Positions 1 through 10,742 of a stretch of DNA of 64,000 nt are shown here, in pieces (position 1 is the stretch's first letter; each line of letters opens with the position of its first letter). Source of the DNA: Candidatus Krumholzibacteriia bacterium (lineage in GTDB: Bacteria > Krumholzibacteriota > Krumholzibacteriia > Krumholzibacteriales > Krumholzibacteriaceae); the NCBI GenBank assembly GCA_963836185.1, contig CAWIIQ010000001.1:2048001-2112000 (forward strand), given 5' to 3'. The translations under genes and the position numbers were made by a program. Below the pieces are notes generated by a model. It ran no database searches. It was not told where the DNA came from and saw nothing but the letters and a program-made list of their open reading frames with translations.

Positions 1-1506
1 CGGACCTGTCTGGTAGATCTCCATAGGGCTGTCTCCGGCAGCTATAATGGGCTCTGCCGCCAGTATGGCATCGGTCTGCACATAGAGGGATACCCCCTGG
101 CCCGATACAAATGGGAAAAGGGCCGCGAAAGCCATCTCCCTGTCAGACGAATTCCGCGGAGAAGCGAACCACCTGCTGACTTTCGCCCCCTCGTCATCGA
201 CAGCGTCTATCCTGAAGACCGCGCCCGCGCTGTCGGTCACACCCGTCCTGAAATACTGTCCCTCGCGCCGGGCACCGAGCTCTGTCCATCCGACTCCGCC
301 GTCGAAGGATTCAAATACACTGATATCTACATCGCCGCCGTCCGGGTCCCCGGCCGAGACGACGACTTCCGCCGCGGCCTCGAGCCTGCGGGCCATGGTT
401 ATCTCCGGAAGGTCATGTATGTAAAAATGGAATATCGCGCTCGACATGTTGCCCGCCGCGTCCCTTACCTTCAGGAGCCCGACGTGAAGCCCCTTCTGAA
501 GGGTCATCCCTGATTCCCTCTGCCCCGTATGCACGATGCCGGCCCCGGACCTGTCGCCCCTCGTCAACCCGCGCACGGGATAGAGCCTCAGGTAGCGGCC
601 CGCCGGCCCCTCGCCCCTGACATGATACTCGGCTGATATCTCGCCCGACTGCGAATATGAAAATAGTTCGTTTCTGACCGTGTAGAGGGCCTGCCCGTCT
701 ATTGCCAGCTCTATAGAAACAGGCGCCATCCTGTACCTGCCGTAACCCTGCTCATCCCATGTGGAAAGAGCGAAGCCGAACTCTCCATCGAGATGAAGTG
801 TGTCGGGCAGGATGAACCTCTTCGCGCCTGACGCCCTGAAATATCTCACTACCGGCAGGGGGCCGTCTTCAGTCACGCTTCCACCGCCGAGGGGGACTAC
901 CTCTAGGCCCGACACGATCGGAGGTACGATGTCGGGCAGTGAATAGATGTCGATGAGTGGATTAAGCGGTCTTTCGGCCTCGTCGCGCAGCTCGAAGTGC
1001 AGGTGCGGCGCGCTCGTCCCGGTCTCTCCGGAGAAGGCGACCGTATCGCCTACCTCGTAAGAATACGCCCCGTCGGGCAGCCGGAAGTCGCACCAGTTCG
1101 TCTCCCTGCGCACCCTGTAGTGCCACGCCAGCGAATCGACGGTCCTGTTGAACTGGTCGAGATGGGCGTATACGGCGGTGCGCCCGTCGGCGAGCTTGAT
1201 GTAGAGCGCCTTACCATACCCGGCGGCGCCTACCTTGACCCTGACAGCCTGCCCTTCCGATACGGCGAGGCACGGCATCCCGACAGCCCCGTACGAGCGA
1301 AGATCGATACCGGCATGATAGTGGCCGTCCCTGTATTCGCTGAAGCTCGAACTGAGGCGCCTGTTGCCGTGAAGGGGCCACAGGTAGACCTCGCCGTGAA
1401 CCGGCTCCGGCAGCGCCGGAAGCAGCGCCGCAGCTAGAAAGGCGACCACGGAAAGCTGCGAAAACAGCCCCCCGCGCAGGTTATAAGACACTCTCTTTCC
1501 AGACAT
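1..1506 (-). CDS. M23 family metallopeptidase (3' end runs off the window)
   Basis: Manual minus-strand translation from ATG at 1506: ...YLWPLHGNRRLSSSFSEYRDGHYHAGIDLR...GYGKALYI...YAHL...HLHFELRD (M23 HxxxD and HxH motifs). Absent from the ORF track because there is no stop in the window. Confidence 0.85.
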   Translation of the reverse strand, partial: MSGKRVSYNLRGGLFSQLSVVAFLAAALLPALPEPVHGEVYLWPLHGNRRLSSSFSEYRDGHYHAGIDLRSYGAVGMPCLAVSEGQAVRVKVGAAGYGKALYIKLADGRTAVYAHLDQFNRTVDSLAWHYRVRRETNWCDFRLPDGAYSYEVGDTVAFSGETGTSAPHLHFELRDEAERPLNPLIDIYSLPDIVPPIVSGLEVVPLGGGSVTEDGPLPVVRYFRASGAKRFILPDTLHLDGEFGFALSTWDEQGYGRYRMAPVSIELAIDGQALYTVRNELFSYSQSGEISAEYHVRGEGPAGRYLRLYPVRGLTRGDRSGAGIVHTGQRESGMTLQKGLHVGLLKVRDAAGNMSSAIFHFYIHDLPEITMARRLEAAAEVVVSAGDPDGGDVDISVFESFDGGVGWTELGARREGQYFRTGVTDSAGAVFRIDAVDDEGAKVSRWFASPRNSSDREMAFAALFPFVSGQGVSLYVQTDAILAAEPIIAAGDSPMEIYQTGP

Positions 1507-1652
1507 ATCCCGTGGAAACTACCACCGCCGGGACACAGGTGTCAACGCCGTTAAAAGATTTGCAAGCAGACAACATATTTGCTACCTTAATAGACTATGA
1601 CTGAATGATTTCTGGATATTCGACAAGTTTCGAAAGGACAGGGTAGCGGCAG

Positions 1653-3458
1653 ATGCTTAAACAATTGCGAGAGAATACGAAAACGATCCTGTGGATCGTC
1701 GTGGTGGCATTTGTGGTCTCGATCTTCGCCGTATGGGGTATGAACTACAGGAGCGGAGGCAGCGGGCAGCCCGGTGAAGAAAGCAATATCATCGGCTCGG
1801 TCGACGGCATCGAGCTGACCAGGCAGACTTACCAGAATAATACTCAGGAACTGTACAACAATATCAGGGCGCAGCGCGGAGATGAATACAGGCTGAGTGA
1901 CTCCGAGGGATACATGCTCAGGGAGCAGGCCTGGGAGATGGGGATCCAGAAGGCGCTCATCGCCCGCGAGATCGACAGGTTCGGTATCACCGTCACCGAT
2001 AACGAACTCGTGGCGTTCCTGCGCCGCAACCCCCACCCTTCCCTCAGGCAGATGTTCACTGACGAAGAGGGCAACTTCGACTACCAGGCTTACCTTCAGG
2101 CCCTGTCAAATCCAGACGCGGACTGGACAGAGCTCGAACGATGGGGCCGATCGATCATACCCGAGCTGAAGCTCGAGACGATGCTCTCCTCGCAGATCCA
2201 TGTTTCGGACAGGGAGATCCGCGAGAGGTTCAACAGGCAGAACACGAGGATCAACGCCCGTTACGTCAAGGTCCCCTTTGTCGAGGAGGACCCCCCGTAT
2301 GAGCCGTCCGACGCAGAGATATCGGTCCTGTTCGAGAAAAAGAAGGATGACTTCCTGACTCCCGAGAAGAGGGCGCTGAGGATGATCCGTATCGAGAAGG
2401 CCGCTACCGATCTCGATGAGCTCGATATCTTCGAGAGGATGAAAGAGCTTCGTGAAGAGCTCATGGACAACTATGAATTCTCCGAAGCCGCATTGCAGGA
2501 ATCGGACGATTACAACACTGCCCAGAAAGGCGGAGACCTCGGATTCTTCGGCCGGGGCGTAATGGACTCTCTCTTTACCGAGACGGCATTCGCCCTCGAG
2601 GTCGGAGAGATCAGTGAGCCGGTAAAAACGCAATACGGATATCATCTGATAAAGTTGGATGAGAAGACAGTCGAGGAAGGTGTGGAGAAGGTAAAGGCGA
2701 GCCATATCCTGATGCGGGTCGAGCCTGGATACGACACGATCGATTCACTGCGCACCCTGATCTCCGACCTGCGTGAGACGATCATCGAAAAGGGCCTCCC
2801 GGAAGCGGCCGCGGACTTCGGCCTCGAAGTCTCCGAGCCCGAACCTTTCGTCCAGGGCGCCTTCATCAAGGATCACGGCTATCTACCGCGTATCGTGAAC
2901 TTCGCTTTCAATAACGATATCGGCAAGGTCAGCAATACGCTGGAGACCGAGCAGTATGTCTATATAGTCGAGGTCATCGATATCATCGATGAGTCGACGA
3001 TGCCGCTCGAAGAGGCAAGGCCCGTGCTCGTGGAGCAGATCAGAACGGAGCGCAAGGAGAACGCGGCGCTGGCAACGGCTAAAGAGCTCCGCGAAAAAGC
3101 CGTCACAGGCGGAGACTTCGAGGCCGCGGCGCATTCGTTCGAGCTCGAGGTCGAAGAAACGACTCCGTTCACCGTCGAACAGACGATCCCGGGAATAGGG
3201 ATGGGAACCGGATTCGCCGTAGCGGCCTACGAGCTGCAGACCGGAAGGATCAGCCCCCCCGTCAAGGGTTACGATGAGTGGTTCGTCCTCCAGGTGACCG
3301 ACCGCCAGCCGGGCGAGCCTTCAGAGCTCGCCGCGCAGAGACAGGCGATCATGCAGCAGATCAGGCAGGAAAGCTCATCGCGCTTCCTCGCCCTCTGGTA
3401 CGACAAGCTGCGCCAGGACGCCGAAGTCGTCGATAACCGCGAGAGCACACTGAACTAG
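1653..3458 (+). CDS. ppiD: SurA/PpiD-type peptidyl-prolyl isomerase chaperone
   Basis: N-terminal TM anchor (MLKQLRENTKTILWIVVVAFVVSIF), SurA_N-like region, parvulin motif GGDLGFFGRG...GEISEPVKTQYGYHLIK. Confidence 0.85.
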   Translation: MLKQLRENTKTILWIVVVAFVVSIFAVWGMNYRSGGSGQPGEESNIIGSVDGIELTRQTYQNNTQELYNNIRAQRGDEYRLSDSEGYMLREQAWEMGIQKALIAREIDRFGITVTDNELVAFLRRNPHPSLRQMFTDEEGNFDYQAYLQALSNPDADWTELERWGRSIIPELKLETMLSSQIHVSDREIRERFNRQNTRINARYVKVPFVEEDPPYEPSDAEISVLFEKKKDDFLTPEKRALRMIRIEKAATDLDELDIFERMKELREELMDNYEFSEAALQESDDYNTAQKGGDLGFFGRGVMDSLFTETAFALEVGEISEPVKTQYGYHLIKLDEKTVEEGVEKVKASHILMRVEPGYDTIDSLRTLISDLRETIIEKGLPEAAADFGLEVSEPEPFVQGAFIKDHGYLPRIVNFAFNNDIGKVSNTLETEQYVYIVEVIDIIDESTMPLEEARPVLVEQIRTERKENAALATAKELREKAVTGGDFEAAAHSFELEVEETTPFTVEQTIPGIGMGTGFAVAAYELQTGRISPPVKGYDEWFVLQVTDRQPGEPSELAAQRQAIMQQIRQESSSRFLALWYDKLRQDAEVVDNRESTLN

Positions 3459-3482
3459 ATACCGTAAGGATAATATAGAGAA

Positions 3483-3508
3483 AGCCGGCCGGTGAAAACC
3501 GGCCGGCT
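3483..3508. terminator. GC-rich hairpin between convergent genes
   Basis: AGCCGGCCGGT-GAAA-ACCGGCCGGCT perfect stem just after the ppiD stop. Confidence 0.7.
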
Positions 3509-3564
3509 AAAGTCCACTCATCGCTTTCCGCATCGCGTCATCCCAGACCCCCCCGAACAGCACC

Positions 3565-4308
3565 CTAGAACTTCACTCCCGCTACGAGATATGAGATCTC
3601 AGCGTCAGGATTGAGGATGAATGCCAGGGACAACGGCAGCGAGAAACTATCTGTCATCTTTATGCTACGCTGCGCGCTGACACCGACATTGATGACGGCA
3701 AATTCCCCTGCGCTGTAAACGTCGGGATTCTCCCTGTTTCCGCCTGCCGCACCGAAGAATACCGTAAGCCCGGTCTCCCCCGCGGTGAAAGGGTAGTCGA
3801 TCTGGAAGTAGGTGCTGTTACCGGCATCGTTGTAAACGCCGACATACCCCGAGATGGTCATGGGGAATGACTTCGGCCCGGTAAGGGAAAGGCCGAGTTC
3901 AAGAGTATGGGCGCCGGGGTCGGGATCGCCGTTCGCATCGACCGCGTCATGATCGTTGAAATTGAATATGTCTATGCCGAGATATGGCAGGTAGTAATCG
4001 GTAAGGACCGCTCCGATCGATGCGCTGTTCTCGAACTCATAAGAATACCCCAGCCAGAAATCGATCTCGTTAAAGCTCTCTGCCTGTGTCGAGAGGGAAT
4101 AAGCACCCCAGACACCGAGCTCGAAACCGAAGTAAGAACAGGAGAGTGCGGGCTGTATAGATGGAGAGTCCCCGAAATCCATGCCGCGCCAGACATACCT
4201 GCTGTATAGATCCACACCGGTATCAACGGTGAATTTCTCCGAAGCCGCGGCCCCGAAGCTCTGGATGGTCAGCAGCAACACTACTGGAAAAATATATTTT
4301 CTCGACAT
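3565..4308 (-). CDS. TorF/TIGR02001-like outer-membrane beta-barrel
   Basis: Signal peptide, 'DLYSRYVWRGMDFGDSPSIQP', 'EIDFWLGY', C-terminal Phe. Confidence 0.7.
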   Translation of the reverse strand: MSRKYIFPVVLLLTIQSFGAAASEKFTVDTGVDLYSRYVWRGMDFGDSPSIQPALSCSYFGFELGVWGAYSLSTQAESFNEIDFWLGYSYEFENSASIGAVLTDYYLPYLGIDIFNFNDHDAVDANGDPDPGAHTLELGLSLTGPKSFPMTISGYVGVYNDAGNSTYFQIDYPFTAGETGLTVFFGAAGGNRENPDVYSAGEFAVINVGVSAQRSIKMTDSFSLPLSLAFILNPDAEISYLVAGVKF

Positions 4309-4322
4309 AGGTCTTCTTCTCA

Positions 4323-4721
4323 TCACTTCTCTTTCCTGTTTTCAGCGATCGCCTCATAGATCAGTATCGCCGTCAGCGAGCCCAGGGCGCTCGCCACAAT
4401 ATCGTACAGATCATACTGCGTGCTGGCTCCCCACATCGGCCTCAATTCCTCGACAGTCAACACCAGGAATACCATTATGGATCCTGAATAGACAAAAAGG
4501 CGGCCGCGATCCGGTTTCCTTGAAAGTACCCCGTTGACGGCAGCGAGACTTATCAGGAATGCGGCGAGAAAATTGGGAAGGCTTCCTGTGATGATCCCCA
4601 GAACAGGAGTATGCCCGTATGCGGGCCGCAAGAACTCCTTGTTGAATGTCACCAGCAGAAACAGCGCCGCGAAGAGGATAACGTTTGTCGCAAGGAGTCT
4701 TCTTCTGCTTTTCCAGTCCAT
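4323..4721 (-). CDS. small membrane protein (VanZ-like C-terminus)
   Basis: MDWKSRRR start, about 4 TM segments, 'EELRP...YDLYDIVASALG'. Confidence 0.6.
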   Translation of the reverse strand: MDWKSRRRLLATNVILFAALFLLVTFNKEFLRPAYGHTPVLGIITGSLPNFLAAFLISLAAVNGVLSRKPDRGRLFVYSGSIMVFLVLTVEELRPMWGASTQYDLYDIVASALGSLTAILIYEAIAENRKEK

Positions 4722-4723
4722 AA

Positions 4724-5218
4724 TCACCCCATCTGAAAACCCGGCATCCGTAGCACGAACCATATCACGGCCCCGTGGATCACCATCCCGGTAATCACGG
4801 CAAAAACTACAGCCCCCGGCGACATCAGGCGCCGCGACTTGATCACAACGATGAGACCCAGCGGAATGTACAGTATTACCCCGGTCAGCACGCCGGGGAC
4901 AAACGAACGGGTCATCACACATATGGCGGCATGCCATACACCGTTAGCCGCGAAGATCGTCGCTCCACTCACTACAGGCCACCGCCAGGCCGTCCATCTC
5001 ATCGAGGCCCATGCGGCGACGCACAGAATGACCGCGCCTACAAGGTTGCTGCCGAGAAACTCGGCAAGGGACCAGTCGACTCCTCCTCCGGCTGCCATCC
5101 ATTCCATCAGGCCATCTCCCCCGAATGCCTCTTCCACCACATGGACGATGAACGCCGCCGGCATAAGCCAGACCCATGCTCCCAACCTGTCACCGGTATT
5201 CTTATCGCTGGAGATCAT
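4724..5218 (-). CDS. HXXEE domain membrane protein
   Basis: 'HVVEE' motif, hydrophobic, 'NGVWH...PGVLTG'. Confidence 0.8.
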   Translation of the reverse strand: MISSDKNTGDRLGAWVWLMPAAFIVHVVEEAFGGDGLMEWMAAGGGVDWSLAEFLGSNLVGAVILCVAAWASMRWTAWRWPVVSGATIFAANGVWHAAICVMTRSFVPGVLTGVILYIPLGLIVVIKSRRLMSPGAVVFAVITGMVIHGAVIWFVLRMPGFQMG

Positions 5219-5679
5219 CTATCCGACCAGACAGCCAGCTCATTACCGTTCGGATCTTTGAAGTGAAAGCGCCGCCCTCCAGGGAACTCGAAAATCTCAA
5301 CGATGATCTTCCCGCCGTTTTCCCTGATCTGTGCCTCGATCCCTTCTAGATCGGTGGAATAGATCACTACCAGCGGATTGCCGGCCGGCACTTTCGCCGT
5401 CGTGGTGAACCCGCCTGTTATCCGCCCGTCGGTAAAGCTCACGTAGTCCGGTCCGTAGTCGGTGAACTCCCAGCCGAAGACCTCCGAGTAGAACCGTTTG
5501 ATCTCTGCTATATCCGTAGCCGGAAACTCGACGTAGTCGACCCGGCGGTCATGTTCTTCCTGGCTCATCAGTTCATCTCCCTTTGAGGTCTCACTGTCAC
5601 TTCCCGGACCTTCCGCGCATGCGAGAAAAGCCGACATCGTACATGCCAGCGCGCAGAGGACAAAGATCTTAGTAGCCAT
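5215..5679 (-). CDS. VOC/glyoxalase/bleomycin-resistance family protein
   Basis: 'DYVEFPATD...FYSEVFGW...GGRRFHFKDPNGNELAVWS'; possible signal-like N-extension. Confidence 0.85.
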   Translation of the reverse strand: MATKIFVLCALACTMSAFLACAEGPGSDSETSKGDELMSQEEHDRRVDYVEFPATDIAEIKRFYSEVFGWEFTDYGPDYVSFTDGRITGGFTTTAKVPAGNPLVVIYSTDLEGIEAQIRENGGKIIVEIFEFPGGRRFHFKDPNGNELAVWSDR

Positions 5680-5698
5680 GATAATAATCTCCTATACT

Positions 5699-6217
5699 TT
5701 AATATCGTCCCTCAAGAAGCTCGAGCCATTCACGGGAGCACCGGGGGACATACTCTTCGATGCTTCTCCGTTCCGTCCACTCCTGAATATCTTTCCGCAT
5801 AGCTGCCTCCGTACACAGAAAGGGCTCCCCGGGCCGGATGCCTACGCGCCACAGGTCAAGCCTGTCAGAGTCCCAGCAGGTCCGGACCGTGACGCTCCCC
5901 TCTGTAAGACCGCTCGTATGATGGACACAGGCATATTTCAGTTCCTCCATCTGGGCATCGGAAAGGTCCAGTTTCGCTCTGAGCTCTTCAGCCAGCCCTG
6001 CTCCGCGGCTTCCGTGGCCGGGATCTTGCCCCTCCCCTTCGCGGCGGGCGTCGTGAAAAAGAGCGAAGCATTCTATGACAGCCGGATCGGCCCCGTTATC
6101 CGCCGCGATCCTCATCCCTGTCTCGAGTACCCGCCCCCAGTGGGAGACTCCGTGTGTTCCCGTTAACGGAAGGGAATATCCCAGCAGTATCTCAAGGATC
6201 ACGTCAGGCTTGACCAA
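5699..6217 (-). CDS. HD-domain protein
   Basis: 'HGVSHWGRV...LFHD...HH...CWDSDRLDL'. Confidence 0.8.
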   Translation of the reverse strand: MVKPDVILEILLGYSLPLTGTHGVSHWGRVLETGMRIAADNGADPAVIECFALFHDARREGEGQDPGHGSRGAGLAEELRAKLDLSDAQMEELKYACVHHTSGLTEGSVTVRTCWDSDRLDLWRVGIRPGEPFLCTEAAMRKDIQEWTERRSIEEYVPRCSREWLELLEGRY

Positions 6218-6237
6218 TGCCGCTTGTCCCCCTTGCG

Positions 6238-6846
6238 CTAAATCTTCTTTACGACATACTCCAGCGCTTTTTTCCTTGGGCCGTCATGGCCCCTCTGCGG
6301 ATAGCCGAGCGGGATGACTGCCATAAACTCACCTCTCGCTTCTCCCAGAAAAGAGAGGACCTCATCCTTGATCAGATACAGTATGCCGAGCCACACACTC
6401 CCCAGCCCGAGCGAGGTCGCCGCGAGCAGAAGATTCTCTACCGCCGCTGCGGAACTCTGTATCTCCATCGTCCGGAAAAAATCTCCAGATTGATCGTGAT
6501 CAATATTGAACAACTCGATCCCATGGCGGATAAGCGTACCCGTGTTCATCACAGCGATAACGACCGGTGCGCTGAGAATGGTACGCGCCGCCATACGCAG
6601 GATCGCCGATGACGGCTTTGGGAAGTCGGAGGCTTTCCGGGAAACGAGTCGGGCCAGCTGCTGTCTCTTTTCATCCCGGATGACGATGAACCGCCAGGAT
6701 TGTTTGTTGTGCGCCGAAGGCGCCTGGTTGGCGGCGTCAAGGACAGCCTGGATATGTGAGTCTTCGACAGGCCTGTCCTGAAACTGGCGTATACTCCGCC
6801 TTAGATAGATCATCTTCAATGTCTCGTTCGCGGAATTGTCTTCCAT
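6238..6846 (-). CDS. nitroreductase family protein
   Basis: 'RRSIRQF...APSAHNKQSWRFIV...ENLLLAATSLGLGSVW...LGYP'. Confidence 0.9.
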   Translation of the reverse strand: MEDNSANETLKMIYLRRSIRQFQDRPVEDSHIQAVLDAANQAPSAHNKQSWRFIVIRDEKRQQLARLVSRKASDFPKPSSAILRMAARTILSAPVVIAVMNTGTLIRHGIELFNIDHDQSGDFFRTMEIQSSAAAVENLLLAATSLGLGSVWLGILYLIKDEVLSFLGEARGEFMAVIPLGYPQRGHDGPRKKALEYVVKKI

Positions 6847-6868
6847 ACCCTTCTCTCCGGGGCGATAC

Positions 6869-7609
6869 CTATCCCGTTTCTTTTTCGCGTATTCTATCGA
6901 TCGTCTCCTGTACCCCCGGCGTTTTCGATGAGATCCGTGTCGACGCTCCCTTCGCAAACCGGAAATCGCAGAGGGAACAGCCGTCTGCAAGCGTCTGCGT
7001 GCGGATAAGGCCCCAGCCCATTGCTTCACTCAAAGCGATGTCCGACATGCAGACGTACGGGGCGAACTCCTCTCCCCCGTGTTCCCTGACAAAGTCGTAG
7101 TTGCCGCACCCGATGTAATTGACGCCGTAGTCGAACCCGTCTCCATCGCCTACGAGATACTCGATCTCAAAGTCACCGAACCGGGCCCCCTGCGGCTGCC
7201 GTGCCCGCTTCGCCACGATCATCTTGACTAACCGGGAAAACATGAACCACCCCATAAGCGAGCGCTTCCACTTCGGGATTTCCGTCAGCCTCAGGCGCAG
7301 GGCCTCGTGGCACAGTTCCCACGCCTCCCCGGGCGGCCTGCCATATTTCTTCATCGCTTTGTAGGCTGCAAGCTCCTGGGCGGAAATAAGAAGAAAACTG
7401 TTGAGCATCCCCGCTCGCGGTCCCTTTATGAAAGGGATCTCAGGGATAAGTTTCTCATATTCCATCCGGGCATCACTCCGCAGCGTGCCGGCTGAATCTT
7501 CGCCATACCTGTCAATAAGTGAGGATTTTATCAGCTCGCAGGTCCTGTCGAAATCCTTAAGGAGTTTTTTTCTTCGCGCGTCATAGTAACCGACTATCTG
7601 ATCCGGCAT
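6869..7609 (-). CDS. L-2-amino-thiazoline-4-carboxylate hydrolase-like protein
   Basis: C-terminal 'YGVNYIGC...PYVCMSD...RTQTLADGCSLCDFRF'. Confidence 0.75.
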   Translation of the reverse strand: MPDQIVGYYDARRKKLLKDFDRTCELIKSSLIDRYGEDSAGTLRSDARMEYEKLIPEIPFIKGPRAGMLNSFLLISAQELAAYKAMKKYGRPPGEAWELCHEALRLRLTEIPKWKRSLMGWFMFSRLVKMIVAKRARQPQGARFGDFEIEYLVGDGDGFDYGVNYIGCGNYDFVREHGGEEFAPYVCMSDIALSEAMGWGLIRTQTLADGCSLCDFRFAKGASTRISSKTPGVQETIDRIREKETG

Positions 7610-7650
7610 ACCATCTACCTCTAATCACTCAGGTCTCAAATGAAACGGAC

Positions 7651-8142
7651 CTACTTGAAACGATCATCCGATTCACGTTCCGATACGGTCTTCCTTGCCT
7701 GTTCAAGCCATCCCGTGCGGATGACCTTAGGGCTGTCAAACTCCGGCACGTACGGTTTGATGTCAAGCAGCGGGGTCCCGTCAAGGATATCAACGTTCTG
7801 GATGTACAGCACGCCGTTTTCGACCCTGTCCAGCTGAACAACGGAAAGACCAATCTGGTTCGGACGCTTCGGAGCCCGGGTGGCAAAGAGTCCCCGCAGC
7901 TCCGAATCCATGAAAGGAACGACATGTAGGTTAAAGCCGCTGCTGCGGTCAAAATAAAAGAGAAGGATGATGTGTGAGAAGCCATCGAGATCTTTCAGCC
8001 CCGCCCGATACTCCTCGAATACCTCGACCGTGCCGTGAATATCTGCCGCGCCGGCTGGTTGCACAGGCATCCCCTCCGGCACGTTGAAAGGTGTGTGTAT
8101 GATCCCGATAGGCTTTACTTCAATCCTCATCGACTCCAGCAT
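7651..8142 (-). CDS. tsaA: TsaA/TrmO-like tRNA methyltransferase domain
   Basis: 'KPIGIIHTP...GLFATRAPKRPNQIGLS...DILDGTPLLDIKPY'. Confidence 0.85.
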   Translation of the reverse strand: MLESMRIEVKPIGIIHTPFNVPEGMPVQPAGAADIHGTVEVFEEYRAGLKDLDGFSHIILLFYFDRSSGFNLHVVPFMDSELRGLFATRAPKRPNQIGLSVVQLDRVENGVLYIQNVDILDGTPLLDIKPYVPEFDSPKVIRTGWLEQARKTVSERESDDRFK

Positions 8143-9560
8143 ACTGTCCTTTCCATACGATTCCGTCCTTTATAACGGTCTTTCCTCCCAGGAGCGCTTC
8201 AGGGCTTTTGAGCGGACTCTCATCGAAGATAACGAAGTGAGCTCTCTTACCCGGTTCGATCGATCCGAACCTGCTCGAGATCTCCATCACCTTCGCGCTT
8301 CCGTACGTGGCGATCTGAAGAACGGATGCCATTGAAAGGCCCGCGTCATGCAGCAGAAGCATCTCGGAAAGAACGGCCATTCCCGGATCCACCGTGTCCG
8401 ACCCGATGGCCAGCTGGACACCTTCCCTGTGCATGAGCGCCACGTACGAAGCCATCACGGCGTAGCCGCGTCTCGCGCGCTCCAGGTCCTCGCCGGCCCA
8501 GGCCGACGTATCGTCGAAATCGCCGATCGGGGGCGAATCGATCACTGTCAACCCCAGAGGCTTCGCGATGGCATGAAGGGTCGGTGTCACAGTAGCGCGG
8601 CTTTTCGACAGCCTCCTGATAAGCGCTGTCATGATCTCGTTCTCTTCGCCGATCTCGTTGAACTGCTCGGCAGTCGCCATGAAGAAGGCGCCGCGAGTGT
8701 CGCCCTCCAGGATCTCATGGATAGAGCGCAGGATGATAGCCTGAGCGGCCTCTCCCCCGAGAACTTCGGGAGCGAGAGTGAAGGCGTGCTCAAAATGTCT
8801 CAACCCGAGATCCAGCGCAGCTCCGATCGTGAAGATACCGCGGTCGATGTGCGCGAAAGGGACCATGTCGAGCTCGAGCGCCTCTCCCAGCGCGGCCCGG
8901 AACTCGGGCTCCCGGAGCCGCCAGTAGAGCTTAATATACCTGAATCCGGCGTCGTGGTACTGCCGGACCCGCTGCGCAGCCTCCAGCGTGTCTCGCACGA
9001 CCGCGTGGCCCTGATACGGTGTGCGCCCCTCCTCGTGTGAGACAAGAGCTCCACCGCATGGAAAGAAGTCCGGAGCGGAGGGGTCAGGTTCCATCCAGGC
9101 CTTCATCAGCGGCAGATAGCTCTCGCTCGACCCGGCATCCCGCACGACCGTCACGCCGAAAGGCAGATAAGCCTCCGAGAATACGCGGCGGTATCCGTGC
9201 TATGGAGTCGGGCGCCATGTTCAGGTCCGCGATTCCGCCGCCGCCGGCGTTGAACGATGTGGCCAGAACATCGATGAGGTGACCGTGGGTATCTATAAGT
9301 CCAGGTGTGAGCAGCCGCCCTCCGGCATCGATCACACGGCGGGCCCGCGAGCCCTCAAGCGACTCCGATCTCTGCACGTCCCTGATGACCCCGTCGACGA
9401 CGGAGACCGCCACCCCTTCCATCACGACGCCTCTGCGGGCATCAAAAAGCGTTGCGTTGGTTATAAGCAGATCGACATCGGCCGATGCCGCGTCGCAGGC
9501 GGCAAAAAGCAGGATTGCGATCACCACTGATACTGACCTTCGCACCATACTTCTCTTCAT
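8120..9560 (-). CDS. secreted amidohydrolase family protein (one frameshift near 9190)
   Basis: N-part in ORF 9084..10307 (signal peptide, 'DAGGRLLTPGLIDTHGH'); C-part in ORF 8120..9154 ('GSD','GSIEPGKRAHFV'). Confidence 0.75.
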
Positions 9561-9574
9561 CGCGATTTTATCAA

Positions 9575-9604
9575 GGTCGGCTCTGGTGCAGCGTCTCGTC
9601 AGAC
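9575..9604 (-). repeat. truncated attC remnant (R''-L'' only)
   Basis: Minus strand GTCTGAC-GAGACGCTGCACC resembles the attC start RYYYAAC-nnnnnGCTGCAGC and contains the stop of the upstream gene; no matching second half. Confidence 0.4.
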
Positions 9605-10307
9605 CTTCTGCATATGCACGCAGGTGAGCTGATGTTTTTCTTCCGCGGTGACTTTCTTCGGGGGTATGATCTGGTTCGCCCACCGTCCAATGCTCCCCTT
9701 CCCAGAACTGCCAGTACTCCTGCTCTATAACTGCGCCCCCATTATCCCTGACCCATTTATCCAGCTCACTTCGCGAGAATGATTGCGTGATATACGGTGA
9801 ATCCTGGCCGTAGCTTGAACCGGGCAGTTCATATACGTTTCTCACATAGCTTCTTTCGCTGTACGGACATGTCAATATGATATGACCACCGGGATTCAAC
9901 AGGGAAAACATGTTCCGGACAGCGCTGTCCGGGTTTTGGATATGTTCAAGCACGCTTACACACGTGATCAGGTCAAACGTGTCCGACAGATGAGTCTTGA
10001 CGATGTCGTCGTCGATGATGTGATAGTGCCGATTAAACATTCCAGAGGGCCAGTAGTCGCTGACATTATCCGCTGCCGTAACAAGGCATCCGCAATTGCG
10101 CATCAGGTGCGGAAGTGCGGTCAGGCCGGTACCCACATCCAGGACCGTACGCGGATAGATCTCCCCAAGTTTCCTGAAGACGAAACTGAACTCGACCGGC
10201 CTCTCGTTGAATCGCGTGAAAGTCTGGGTCCTGAATTCTTTTTTGCATTTCCACCGCGGATACGTATTGAGCAGGTATTTAACAGCGTTTTCTGCTGACT
10301 TCAGCAT
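9599..10307 (-). CDS. class I SAM-dependent methyltransferase (frameshift near 9675)
   Basis: 'VLDVGTG...FDLITCVSVLEH...LNPGG'; after a 1-nt shift it ends ...HQLTCVHMQKV* at 9599. Confidence 0.75.
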
Positions 10308-10343
10308 CTGGACTCTCCTTATGTGGCCGCATTAGTTCATTCC

Positions 10344-10715
10344 CTATCGATATGTATACCCGAACGGAGTCAGAGAAAGCACAGCCAGTTTGATGTGCTG
10401 CTTCGCGAATGGTATCCCAATTATAGTTATCGCGCACAGGACCCCGAAGATCACGTGTGTAGCCGCGATGTATATCCCCCCACACAGTATCCAGAGGATG
10501 TTCATTATGATAGACAGAGCACCCGGAGAAGGCTTGTTGAGAGATATCTCTTTGCCAAAGGGGAGAAGTGAGAGAAACGCCAGTTTCATCACCTGTATAC
10601 CGAAGGGTATCCCGATGATCGTAAGGCAGAGCACCAGGCCGCCGATGAGATACTCGAGGAACAGGAAGATCCCTCCTCCAAGCAAGATCCACAGTATGTT
10701 TCCGATCAGGCTCAT
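10344..10715 (-). CDS. yccF: YccF domain inner-membrane protein
   Basis: Two repeats of 'NILWIL.GG...TIIGIPF...PFG'. Confidence 0.85.
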   Translation of the reverse strand: MSLIGNILWILLGGGIFLFLEYLIGGLVLCLTIIGIPFGIQVMKLAFLSLLPFGKEISLNKPSPGALSIIMNILWILCGGIYIAATHVIFGVLCAITIIGIPFAKQHIKLAVLSLTPFGYTYR

Positions 10716-10742
10716 GATCCCTTCCTCCTCTAAACAGTGAAC

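Noticed and set aside
997-1437. 146-aa plus-strand ORF
   Set aside because: Antisense to the M23 peptidase gene on the minus strand.
9084-10307. Apparent 407-aa methyltransferase-amidohydrolase fusion
   Set aside because: Produced by two frameshifts; the methyltransferase stops at 9599 and the amidohydrolase has its own signal-peptide start at 9560.
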